Shown in pieces: positions 28,337-36,190 of a stretch of 64,000 bases of DNA. The notes under the pieces were generated by a model, which saw only the letters and a program-made list of their open reading frames with translations, had not been told where the DNA came from and ran no database searches. The DNA is taken from the NCBI GenBank assembly GCA_903867985.1, contig CAIPTO010000084.1, forward strand, positions 22,810 through 86,809, written 5' to 3'. A program made the position numbers and the translations under genes. Every line of letters begins with the position of its first letter. Within the stretch, counting starts at the first letter, position 1. Origin of the DNA: an uncultured Elusimicrobia bacterium (GTDB taxonomy: Bacteria; Elusimicrobiota; Elusimicrobia; Elusimicrobiales; UBA9959).

Positions 28337-29398
28337 TTACCACATAAAGTTGATTTCGTTCCCAGTCTCCGCGGGCACCGGTTTGCGGCCCTTATTCTGC
28401 GCGCCGCGCTTTTGTGGCTGGGCCGGCGTCTTGCCGCCGCTATAGGATTTTTTACTTCCGCGGTTCGGCACGATATCCCGCCTGTCTTGCCCGAATTTAA
28501 GCGTGAGGGATATCCGATGAGTGTCACCCAGATCCCCGAACGGCGAGAAAGCGTAATCCAGCCGCAAATCATTGCTTTGCAGCCCAACACCTGCCGAGAT
28601 TCCGGAGCCCGCGTTCTTGGAGCGCCCGGTTTTGTAGCCTAGCCTGGCGAAAAGTGTCTCCCTGGGGTCAAAGGAATATTCCCCCTCCGCTCCGGCCGCG
28701 AAAGCGGTATCGGACTCTCCAGCCTTCACAAGCTCCGCGGTCAGCCAGGCCATATCCCGGACCCTGTAGGCCGCTCCCCCCCGACAAGTGAACGGCAGGC
28801 TGAAGCTTTCGGTGTAAAGTTTCATCGCCGTGCCAAGGTTCTGCGCCGCCAAACCCAGGCGCACGTTGTTTCCGTAAGTCTTGATCAGACCGAAGTCTCC
28901 GGCATAGGCGAATGCTTTTCGAGTATCCGCCTGCTGATAGACGGTCTTTACGAACAGGCCGCCGAATAAATCATCGCCAAACGCCCAGGCAAAACCCGCG
29001 CCGGCCGCGCCGTCCATGGCGCTGAAACTGCCGGTCTTGTCGCCGGCAATATCCAATTTATCCATGGACGGGACAATAAGCGCCGTGAGCCCTGTAAAAA
29101 TTGTCAGCCTGGGCGAAATCGGATGGATATACGCCGCATGCTCGTTCCTGAGACCCTCCAGCCATTCGCTATGCGACAGCATTAGCTCCTGATTGCGCGC
29201 CAGGGCGGGTCCCGCAGGGTTATAGAAGACCGAAGACGCGTCATCGCCTACGGCGCCAAAAGCCCCGCCCATGGCCGCGGCCCTGGCCCCGGCGTCTATC
29301 TTAAGGAAAGCGGCGGCATCGGACCCGGCGCCGGCGTAAAGCGCCGGAACCGTAAGGCCCGTAATAATAACCGCTGCCAGAATATATTTCTTCCTCAT
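28337..29398 (-). CDS. PorV/PorQ-family outer-membrane beta-barrel protein
   Basis: Signal peptide; AAFLKIDAGARAAAMGGAF, SVFYNPAG, LDYAFSPFGDLGDTHRISL. Confidence 0.8.
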   Translation of the reverse strand: MRKKYILAAVIITGLTVPALYAGAGSDAAAFLKIDAGARAAAMGGAFGAVGDDASSVFYNPAGPALARNQELMLSHSEWLEGLRNEHAAYIHPISPRLTIFTGLTALIVPSMDKLDIAGDKTGSFSAMDGAAGAGFAWAFGDDLFGGLFVKTVYQQADTRKAFAYAGDFGLIKTYGNNVRLGLAAQNLGTAMKLYTESFSLPFTCRGGAAYRVRDMAWLTAELVKAGESDTAFAAGAEGEYSFDPRETLFARLGYKTGRSKNAGSGISAGVGLQSNDLRLDYAFSPFGDLGDTHRISLTLKFGQDRRDIVPNRGSKKSYSGGKTPAQPQKRGAQNKGRKPVPAETGNEINFMW

Positions 29399-29414
29399 AG
29401 TAAGGAACTGAGTA

Positions 29415-29514
29415 TAAATGCCGTTTGCCTTTGGCCATTTGCCATACGCAGATTATTTAGTGACACCTTAAAAGCGTACTGCATATAGCCTATTGCTATG
29501 GCTTATGGCATGTG
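29415..29514. repeat. Inverted-arm heptamer element (CATA(C/G)GC / GCCTATG family)
   Basis: Left arm cgtttgc ctttggc catttgc catacgc ag; 27-nt spacer; right arm ct gcatata gcctatt gctatg gcttatg gcatgtg. Confidence 0.75.
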
Positions 29515-29522
29515 CTTGTGAC

Positions 29523-32126
29523 TCACCAAAACACATAAAACTTCCCTTTTCCGTTTCCGTAATTGGAAGTCTTGGCCAGATAAATATATAGCCCGCTGGC
29601 GGCTTTCTGCCCGCTCTTGTTCTTGCCGTCCCAGACGGCTTTATTCAGACTGTCAATTCCGTCGCCGGATGACAGTTCGCGCACCAGCTCCCCCGCGGTG
29701 TTATATATATATATCTTCGGTATCTGCGCGTCGGCGGGGATGCCGTCAATGATCAGGATAGAGCCCGGGAAATAACAGGGATTCGGGTAGGCCTTAAGAT
29801 TTCCCATGCCCGACAGAGAAGCGTTCAGGACACGTATGGCGTAGATCGAGAGATGAGAAGTAGACGCGCTGATGCAATTCGCCGCAGTATCTCTGACGGC
29901 GCCAGGCACCGCCGTCCACCTGGACGCGGTTTCGTCCAGCCAATAAAGCCCGGCCAGGTTCTCGATTATGTAATCCCCGTCAATATACCCGTCATTATTT
30001 GAATCCGGGTAGCAGAGCTTGATAGTGATCGGAGTGTTAAAAGTGGTCACAGTCAGGCCGGCCGGTGTTTTAGCGGTAAATTCCCGCGTCAGATCGTAAG
30101 CCAGCAGCGGGTGAGAATCGGGAGAATATGAGTCGGCTAGCGAGGTCCGGGAAGACGCGACAGTGGAGATAGCTATCACCAGGTTGTCGGAGTAGGCACC
30201 GGCCGGAACTGTTACGGAATCGTTATTGCTGTTCACAACGCTGCCCCCGGTTACACCGCTGATAGCCGTGTTTATGGCAAAAGTCCCGCCTGACGTGATA
30301 ACGGAACCGATATTGCCCGCCTGATCCACGGCTCTGAAAGCGAAAGCAGCCGTGCCTGTGGAATAGAAAGACTCTATAAAGCCCGTGCCTGTCCAGGTAG
30401 AACCAGTAAGGTAACTCAGATTAACGGTCTGCGAAGAGCCGCGGACCGGAGTAAAGGTCAGCGACGGGTTGCCGGTAAGGTAATTGGGTTCAGTCACGAT
30501 AAGCTTAAGACCAAGCGCGCCGGTATGCGCCGGGAGCGGCGAGCTTATCTCAACTTTAGCCGTGGGGCTGGTAACATCCACGCGCTGGCCGTTTGAAACC
30601 GAAACTCCGGAATAAACAGCTCCCGTGCCCATAGCGCGCACGCTGAAATAATAAACCGTGTTTTCAGTAAGGTTAAGTCCTGAGCGCGTGGCGCTGCGAT
30701 TAAGACCGGCGCTTAGCCAGCCAGCCGTTTCGGTCCCGCCCGGAGTAGTGCCTATGGCGGATTCATATGTCACTCCGCCTGGATAAACTGAAGCGCCCCA
30801 ATTTGCGGAGAGAGAATGGAGACTGGACACATAGGTTATATCGGCGCCAAGGCCGTCGTAAACATATGCGATATCCTGAGGTATAGCGGTATTTACGGTA
30901 AGCGAGTCGGATGCCGGAGTGGCGTCATAGGCCAGGAAATTATCTTTTGCCCGGGCCTGTATTGTATGGACAACTCCGCCGGCGGACAGAGCGGAGGGAG
31001 TAAAGGCAAAGTTCTCTATGGTCCCGTTGAAGGCTCCGTCGCTCGGCGTAGCTGCCAGCCAGGCGCCGGAGTCCACTCGATACTCCACCGAAGCTATTGT
31101 GTTGATGTTTAAATTGTCCGGGGTCCTGGCCGGATCCCAATCGTCATATGGATTAGCGTTCGGATAAGCCGTGGTAGAATGGGCTATGCCGTAATACGCG
31201 GGCGTAGTATTGGTGGTGGGGTCGGGCGAATAGGCGTAAAGGGCCGTGGTGGGCGGCAGATCTACTATATCCGGAATGCCGTTCGAGTTAGAATCCCGCC
31301 AGCCCAGCATATTCCTGCTGGCCGTGCAGACTGATTTAGAAGTATACGGATCTACCTGCCCCCGCATTATGCAGGCGACATTGGTACTTCCGCCTTCTAC
31401 ATGGTTCACATTTTGAATATTTAAATATCCTGAGTACCCAGTGCCATTTGGCACCGAACCGCTATACTCGTCCAATGCATAGAAAATATGACCTATCTCA
31501 TGCGCGGCAACCGCGGACATGGCGCCTATGCCGAATTCCTCATTGTCATAGGTCAGCACCGCAAACGGCCCGCCTAAATAGGCGTAAGCGAAATAACCGT
31601 CGGCAAACATGCCATCGCTATCGTTAAGGCTATCCGCCACGAAAATAGTGAAAGCCCAGTCAGCGTTATTGGCTGTCCTGATATCATTATTATAATGATA
31701 CACGCTGTCAAAATAATCGCTGTCTGTGGTATAGTTCAATTTACCCATTATGTCCGCTACCCAATCCCCCTCGGTGCATGGGGAACTGTGCGTGGCAACA
31801 TTACACTTTATGGGTTCATAGCCGGTATTAATGGTGTTAGTCAGAAATACAAATGAAAGTTTGGCGTTTGAGTTCCTGTCCGACCACCAGGACATGGTTG
31901 CCTGCAACTTTGTAACAATATCCAATTTCCTTTCTGCGCTCCAGTTTTCCGACTGAGGTTTTATAGAGCCGTCGCTCTCGGGGAATATTACGGACACGAC
32001 AACTTTGCCTATCATATACTCGCTGGTATCATAAAAACCCGCACCCATAGGCACGGCAAAGCTCCGACCAGGGCTAAAGCAGGAGAAAACAAGGACTGCG
32101 GCGGCCGAAATTAAATATTTTTTCAT
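29523..32126 (-). CDS. Secreted zinc metallopeptidase with Ig/FnIII domains and a T9SS type A-like (FlgD-Ig) C-terminal domain
   Basis: AHEIGH zincin motif; FnIII-like SANWGAS...YYFSVRA; C-terminus LKAYPNP...IYIYNTAGELVREL...WDGKNKSGQKAASGLYIY. Confidence 0.75.
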   Translation of the reverse strand: MKKYLISAAAVLVFSCFSPGRSFAVPMGAGFYDTSEYMIGKVVVSVIFPESDGSIKPQSENWSAERKLDIVTKLQATMSWWSDRNSNAKLSFVFLTNTINTGYEPIKCNVATHSSPCTEGDWVADIMGKLNYTTDSDYFDSVYHYNNDIRTANNADWAFTIFVADSLNDSDGMFADGYFAYAYLGGPFAVLTYDNEEFGIGAMSAVAAHEIGHIFYALDEYSGSVPNGTGYSGYLNIQNVNHVEGGSTNVACIMRGQVDPYTSKSVCTASRNMLGWRDSNSNGIPDIVDLPPTTALYAYSPDPTTNTTPAYYGIAHSTTAYPNANPYDDWDPARTPDNLNINTIASVEYRVDSGAWLAATPSDGAFNGTIENFAFTPSALSAGGVVHTIQARAKDNFLAYDATPASDSLTVNTAIPQDIAYVYDGLGADITYVSSLHSLSANWGASVYPGGVTYESAIGTTPGGTETAGWLSAGLNRSATRSGLNLTENTVYYFSVRAMGTGAVYSGVSVSNGQRVDVTSPTAKVEISSPLPAHTGALGLKLIVTEPNYLTGNPSLTFTPVRGSSQTVNLSYLTGSTWTGTGFIESFYSTGTAAFAFRAVDQAGNIGSVITSGGTFAINTAISGVTGGSVVNSNNDSVTVPAGAYSDNLVIAISTVASSRTSLADSYSPDSHPLLAYDLTREFTAKTPAGLTVTTFNTPITIKLCYPDSNNDGYIDGDYIIENLAGLYWLDETASRWTAVPGAVRDTAANCISASTSHLSIYAIRVLNASLSGMGNLKAYPNPCYFPGSILIIDGIPADAQIPKIYIYNTAGELVRELSSGDGIDSLNKAVWDGKNKSGQKAASGLYIYLAKTSNYGNGKGKFYVFW

Positions 32127-33124
32127 TTTTTCCGGGGCCCTACTTTCCGGGCGTCGTTAGCTATTGGTCCGGGGACGTCAAACACAACTTCAGACGCTTC
32201 GGACCAGGTCCCGACCGACGTGCCGTCGGAGCCCATCAGGCGCATAAAATACGGCTTACCGTATTCAACCGGCAGACCGGAAATTTTGTAAAACTCTTTA
32301 TCCGTAAAAGTATCCACCAGCGGGACCGCGAAGTCGGCCGTTTCAGATAGCTGCAGCCTGTAGTGTTTGAAAGCAGGGCTCTTCGCCCAGCTTAGCGGCG
32401 TTTTTCCTTTTAAATCCTTCGCCTGCAAAAGAACAGGCGCCGGCAGCAGCGCTCTGGCCGCCGGTGGGGCAGTATTTGATACGGCGAATGAATACACTTC
32501 GGAGAAACGACCTGCTTTTCTGCCGCCATTATTCAGGGTCAGCAACCCCGAAACGCGCCAGTAATATACGCCGTCGGAGAAGAAGGCCGGATAGACCTCA
32601 TATTTATTGCGGTTAAGGATCGTTTCAACGACTATAGCCGTAAAATCCTTGTCGGAAGCGATCTGCAGTTTATAGTAGGCCGCCTTCATAACCTCATTCC
32701 ATGAGAGGGTTATAGCGTCACCCTGCTTTAATTGCGAAACTTTATAACTTACTACCAGCGGCGCCTCGGGCGGATCTTCCACAAAACGCTTATTCCAGAT
32801 ATTTACAGCGTAGAACGCGTTCTCGCCATAGTTGGCTATCACGGATATATCCGCGACTTTCCCCCTGTAGACGGACGTGCCATATTCTTTAAGCAGTACG
32901 GCGTCCAGGCTGTCCGGCACATAGCCCATAAAGGCGTGCGGAGGAAAAGCGTCGGTGATACGCGCGCCTCTATCCGCCAGGTATTTCTGAAAATTCTTGT
33001 TAAAAGCCGCAGAATCGGAATCTACTATCATCAGGGCGTTCATCCCGCTGCCTTCCTGCGCCACGGCGACAATGGAAAATGCGGGCGTCAGGCCCGCAAG
33101 CAATATAAAAATAGTTTTTCGCAT
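32123..33124 (-). CDS. Secreted protein with a possible prodomain-like N-terminus and two FnIII-like beta-sandwich domains
   Basis: ITLSWNEV...YYKLQIA...YYWRV and LSWAK...HYRLQLS...YFMRL; 4-nt ATGA overlap with the peptidase gene. Confidence 0.65.
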   Translation of the reverse strand: MRKTIFILLAGLTPAFSIVAVAQEGSGMNALMIVDSDSAAFNKNFQKYLADRGARITDAFPPHAFMGYVPDSLDAVLLKEYGTSVYRGKVADISVIANYGENAFYAVNIWNKRFVEDPPEAPLVVSYKVSQLKQGDAITLSWNEVMKAAYYKLQIASDKDFTAIVVETILNRNKYEVYPAFFSDGVYYWRVSGLLTLNNGGRKAGRFSEVYSFAVSNTAPPAARALLPAPVLLQAKDLKGKTPLSWAKSPAFKHYRLQLSETADFAVPLVDTFTDKEFYKISGLPVEYGKPYFMRLMGSDGTSVGTWSEASEVVFDVPGPIANDARKVGPRKK

Positions 33125-33149
33125 CTTATTCCTCCATTAACACAAAAAC

Positions 33150-33215
33150 TCAGACTGTTCAGGTTTCAGTGTGTCAGAACATCAGAGACGGAACACTCTG
33201 AACAGAAGACTACAC
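33150..33215. repeat. Degenerate ~8-nt TCAG-cored array with a short inverted arm
   Basis: TCAG at 33150, 33159, 33166, 33174 and 33182; ctgttcag (33155) is the inverse of ctgaacag (33198). Confidence 0.45.
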
Positions 33216-33349
33216 GACCGGGCTTCATTTATATCTATATTATACAATGCCTGTTTTGCGGATTTGTTGCGCGCTGAAATAAACCCGATGTGATCTGATT
33301 TTTGAAGGAAGGCTGCGTATAATCCACGCAAAAACAAAACGGCACGCTA

Positions 33350-34525
33350 TTAGTCCAAGACTTCGATTTTATAAGGACCGCGCGCCTTATAGCGCACACC
33401 CGCCCAACTTGTTCTCCGGCTAAACGCAGACATGCAATAATTGGCGAGGAATAAACCCCAGGCCGCCGGCGCCGCCAGCGCGGTCCAGGCCCATATCGGC
33501 CGCCATTGTTCCGGCCAGCGTTCTTTCCACAACGGGAAGCGCAGTGCTGAAAGCAAAGCGATCCCCGCCGGAAACCCCAGCTCACTGGCCGCCAAAAGGG
33601 CCAGAAGAGCCGGCTGAGGCGAGGGCCAGAGCGCACGCACGAGAATCACCCCTTTAGCAAGGACGCACAAGCCGGTAACCAGCCACGCCCATGGGGTAAA
33701 GAGGCGCGTACAGAACACGTAGCGCGTCGTTATGCCGATTATCCCGCGCGGCGTGAGACGCCGGTCGATCACACCCACGGCATCAGGGACAGCGGCAATA
33801 TATTTTCGATGCCGCTTGGCCAGCACCGTTACAACACCATCGTCCGTCACGGCGCGCAGCCAGTGCTCGGACACTTTCCAATCCTCGTAGTCACGGCGAC
33901 GGATAGCAAACGAGGCCGCGCTCACCCAGCTGCAAACATAAAAGTACGGAACACAAATGAGGTACCAGGTGGAGAACCAGAGACCGGCCACGTTACCCAC
34001 CTTGGGAAATGGCAGCGGCAATGAGGAAGCGACTCCTACCCGGGCCGGGCTCAGACCGGAAATGAGCGCGGCCAGCCAACCGGCGGGAGCACAATGCTTA
34101 TCCTCCGAAAACACCAGAACCTCGCTGCCAGCGGCGGCCTGCGCGACCGCGTGAACAAGATCGGCGTTCTTTCCGGCGCATTTTGCAGGTTTAACTCCTG
34201 AAACCAGCACGCGCACACGGCCGGCAGTATTCTCGCGCGCAAGCTGCTCTATCTCGGCAAAAGCCGGGTCTTCGCGGCTGCCTACTACGAACAAAAACTC
34301 TACCGGTCCTTCATAACCTTGAACAAGCATGGACCGGAGGTTGCGACAGCGTTCAGGCAGATTTCCTTTACAGGGGATAATCACGCTGACAGCCGGAGTC
34401 CAGGCCGACTGAGATTCGCGCCTGCGGATCCGCCAGCCCATCACCAGAAGCGCCAATAACTGGACACCAGCGATCAGCGCTCCAAACATGAAGCACTCGT
34501 TCACCGACGGATATGTAAGGTGCAT
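33350..34525 (-). CDS. Membrane GT2 / ceramide-glucosyltransferase-like (HpnI-like) glycosyltransferase
   Basis: VSVIIPCKG, KNADL, AVTDD and C-terminal TM helices ending WAGVRY. The DxD and QxxRW motifs look degenerate. Confidence 0.7.
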   Translation of the reverse strand: MHLTYPSVNECFMFGALIAGVQLLALLVMGWRIRRRESQSAWTPAVSVIIPCKGNLPERCRNLRSMLVQGYEGPVEFLFVVGSREDPAFAEIEQLARENTAGRVRVLVSGVKPAKCAGKNADLVHAVAQAAAGSEVLVFSEDKHCAPAGWLAALISGLSPARVGVASSLPLPFPKVGNVAGLWFSTWYLICVPYFYVCSWVSAASFAIRRRDYEDWKVSEHWLRAVTDDGVVTVLAKRHRKYIAAVPDAVGVIDRRLTPRGIIGITTRYVFCTRLFTPWAWLVTGLCVLAKGVILVRALWPSPQPALLALLAASELGFPAGIALLSALRFPLWKERWPEQWRPIWAWTALAAPAAWGLFLANYCMSAFSRRTSWAGVRYKARGPYKIEVLD

Positions 34526-34526
34526 A

Positions 34527-35048
34527 TTAAGGACGCTTAGGCTCGAGAACCGTAAAGACCCGGTGGATAAAGCCTAAGTCCCAATGGCCATGGGTGGTTG
34601 CGACCAGATCGTATTCCCGGGCTATACGTTCGCACAGAGCGCGGTCGGCCCGGCGGTCGGTGTCGTCAATTATTACGGTAGTGGAAGGCTTCATACACTG
34701 CGGAAGCACTTTTAAAACGGCGTCCCGGCCAGTGGCCGGACCGTCAATAAAAATAAGGTCGAAGAAATGAGAAGGGCGCCAATCATACCACGGCGGATCG
34801 CCGACAAGGGGAGCTATTACCACTGAGGGAAGGGCCGCCGAATGCTTTGCCTTATGCTCAAGAGCGATGTGCCTGCAGCCTGCCGCTTCAAAAATATAGG
34901 TGCTGCGGCCGGAGCCGGTCTCGAGCGTAAACATGCCGGGCTTGAGCCTGGCGCGCAACGCCTCCTCGCATGGCTTTGAAAGTTCCCAAAAATGGCGCTG
35001 GTAGAAATTCCAAAACCCGGAAAATATTTTATTATTCATGAAATTCAC
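34527..35048 (-). CDS. Class I SAM-dependent methyltransferase-like protein
   Basis: LETGSGRST, FDLIFIDGP, VIIDDTDR. Confidence 0.7.
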   Translation of the reverse strand: MNFMNNKIFSGFWNFYQRHFWELSKPCEEALRARLKPGMFTLETGSGRSTYIFEAAGCRHIALEHKAKHSAALPSVVIAPLVGDPPWYDWRPSHFFDLIFIDGPATGRDAVLKVLPQCMKPSTTVIIDDTDRRADRALCERIAREYDLVATTHGHWDLGFIHRVFTVLEPKRP

Positions 35049-35135
35049 AGAGGGCGACTCCTCTCCTCTTCTACAATATCATAATCGGCCGTATTGCCGC
35101 AAATTGCCAGAATTTCATGGAATTCCTCACCACGA

Positions 35136-36089
35136 TTAATAGCGCAGCGCCGGAGTCAGGACGAATACCGGCTGATTATCGAAACTCCCCAGCGGTCCCT
35201 TGTCCAGCATCGCGTCATGGAAATCATAAGCCGCCAAGATGCGCCAGCCTTCAAGGAGGCGAGGCAGGCGTTTGCGCCCGTAGACGCGGTGCGCGTTCCA
35301 AACCAGCGCGTCCAATCCGACAGGAACAGATAGAAACAATATCCCGCCGTCTTTCAACAGCCGCTTAAAATCCGCCATGGCCCTGATGTCGCCGTCGGGA
35401 TCAAGCGCGTCGCCATAACGTCCCAGTCCGTCATGCTCAATGGCTGAAATCGACAGCGCCGCGTCAAAACGGCGGGGGTGTGCGGCAAACTGCTCCGGAG
35501 TCACGACTTCAAGCCCAGGAATCGTGCAAACGACTTTGCGGTATTCAATTGTCATTACCGCGGCGCCATACTCTGCGGCGATGCACTCATACCAGGGCGT
35601 CTCTGAACCGACGATCACAAGTTGTTTACCGCGAACCGGGTAATGATCCAGGGCATCGTAAAGGGCAAGATCGGTCTTGCCATAGTAGCCGACTTTGCGG
35701 CGGATTTTACCCGGGTTCCACCATAATGAAGCCGGAGTCCACTTCAGACCGCCGGCCTTTATATCGTTGAGATAGCATTGAACTACGGGAACCTCCCCAC
35801 CCATGGTATACCCGTGTTTCAGCGACAAAGGCATGGCGGCCGGCGGCCAGCTACCGGACCTTAAACCGTTAAAACAACTGATGCACCGCAGTAAACCGCG
35901 TTCCGCCATTCTGATAAAGCGCCGCTTACGGCCGACGCTAAAGGCGGCAGCTAATTCACGGTACTTCTGAGAAACAAGAGCGGTTCCGATAAGTTCTCCC
36001 CCCTGCAATAGTTTCCGCGTATCAACATGGAAACTGTCAGCCACATTCTTTAACGATATGATACCAAAAACCGGGAGCGATTTTATCAA
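35136..36089 (-). CDS. DUF268-family (methyltransferase-like) protein; start uncertain
   Basis: IVGSETPWYE, SISAIEHDGLGRYGDALDP, VPVGLDALVWNAHRVYG. Confidence 0.75.
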   Translation of the reverse strand: MIKSLPVFGIISLKNVADSFHVDTRKLLQGGELIGTALVSQKYRELAAAFSVGRKRRFIRMAERGLLRCISCFNGLRSGSWPPAAMPLSLKHGYTMGGEVPVVQCYLNDIKAGGLKWTPASLWWNPGKIRRKVGYYGKTDLALYDALDHYPVRGKQLVIVGSETPWYECIAAEYGAAVMTIEYRKVVCTIPGLEVVTPEQFAAHPRRFDAALSISAIEHDGLGRYGDALDPDGDIRAMADFKRLLKDGGILFLSVPVGLDALVWNAHRVYGRKRLPRLLEGWRILAAYDFHDAMLDKGPLGSFDNQPVFVLTPALRY

Positions 36090-36190
36090 AGCTGCTGGTC
36101 GGCTTTTTGCATACTTCCAGACAAAACCGCCTTTAAACAGGAGATTAATGCACTACAAAACCCGGATCATGTATTTCTCAGAAAAGTGCG

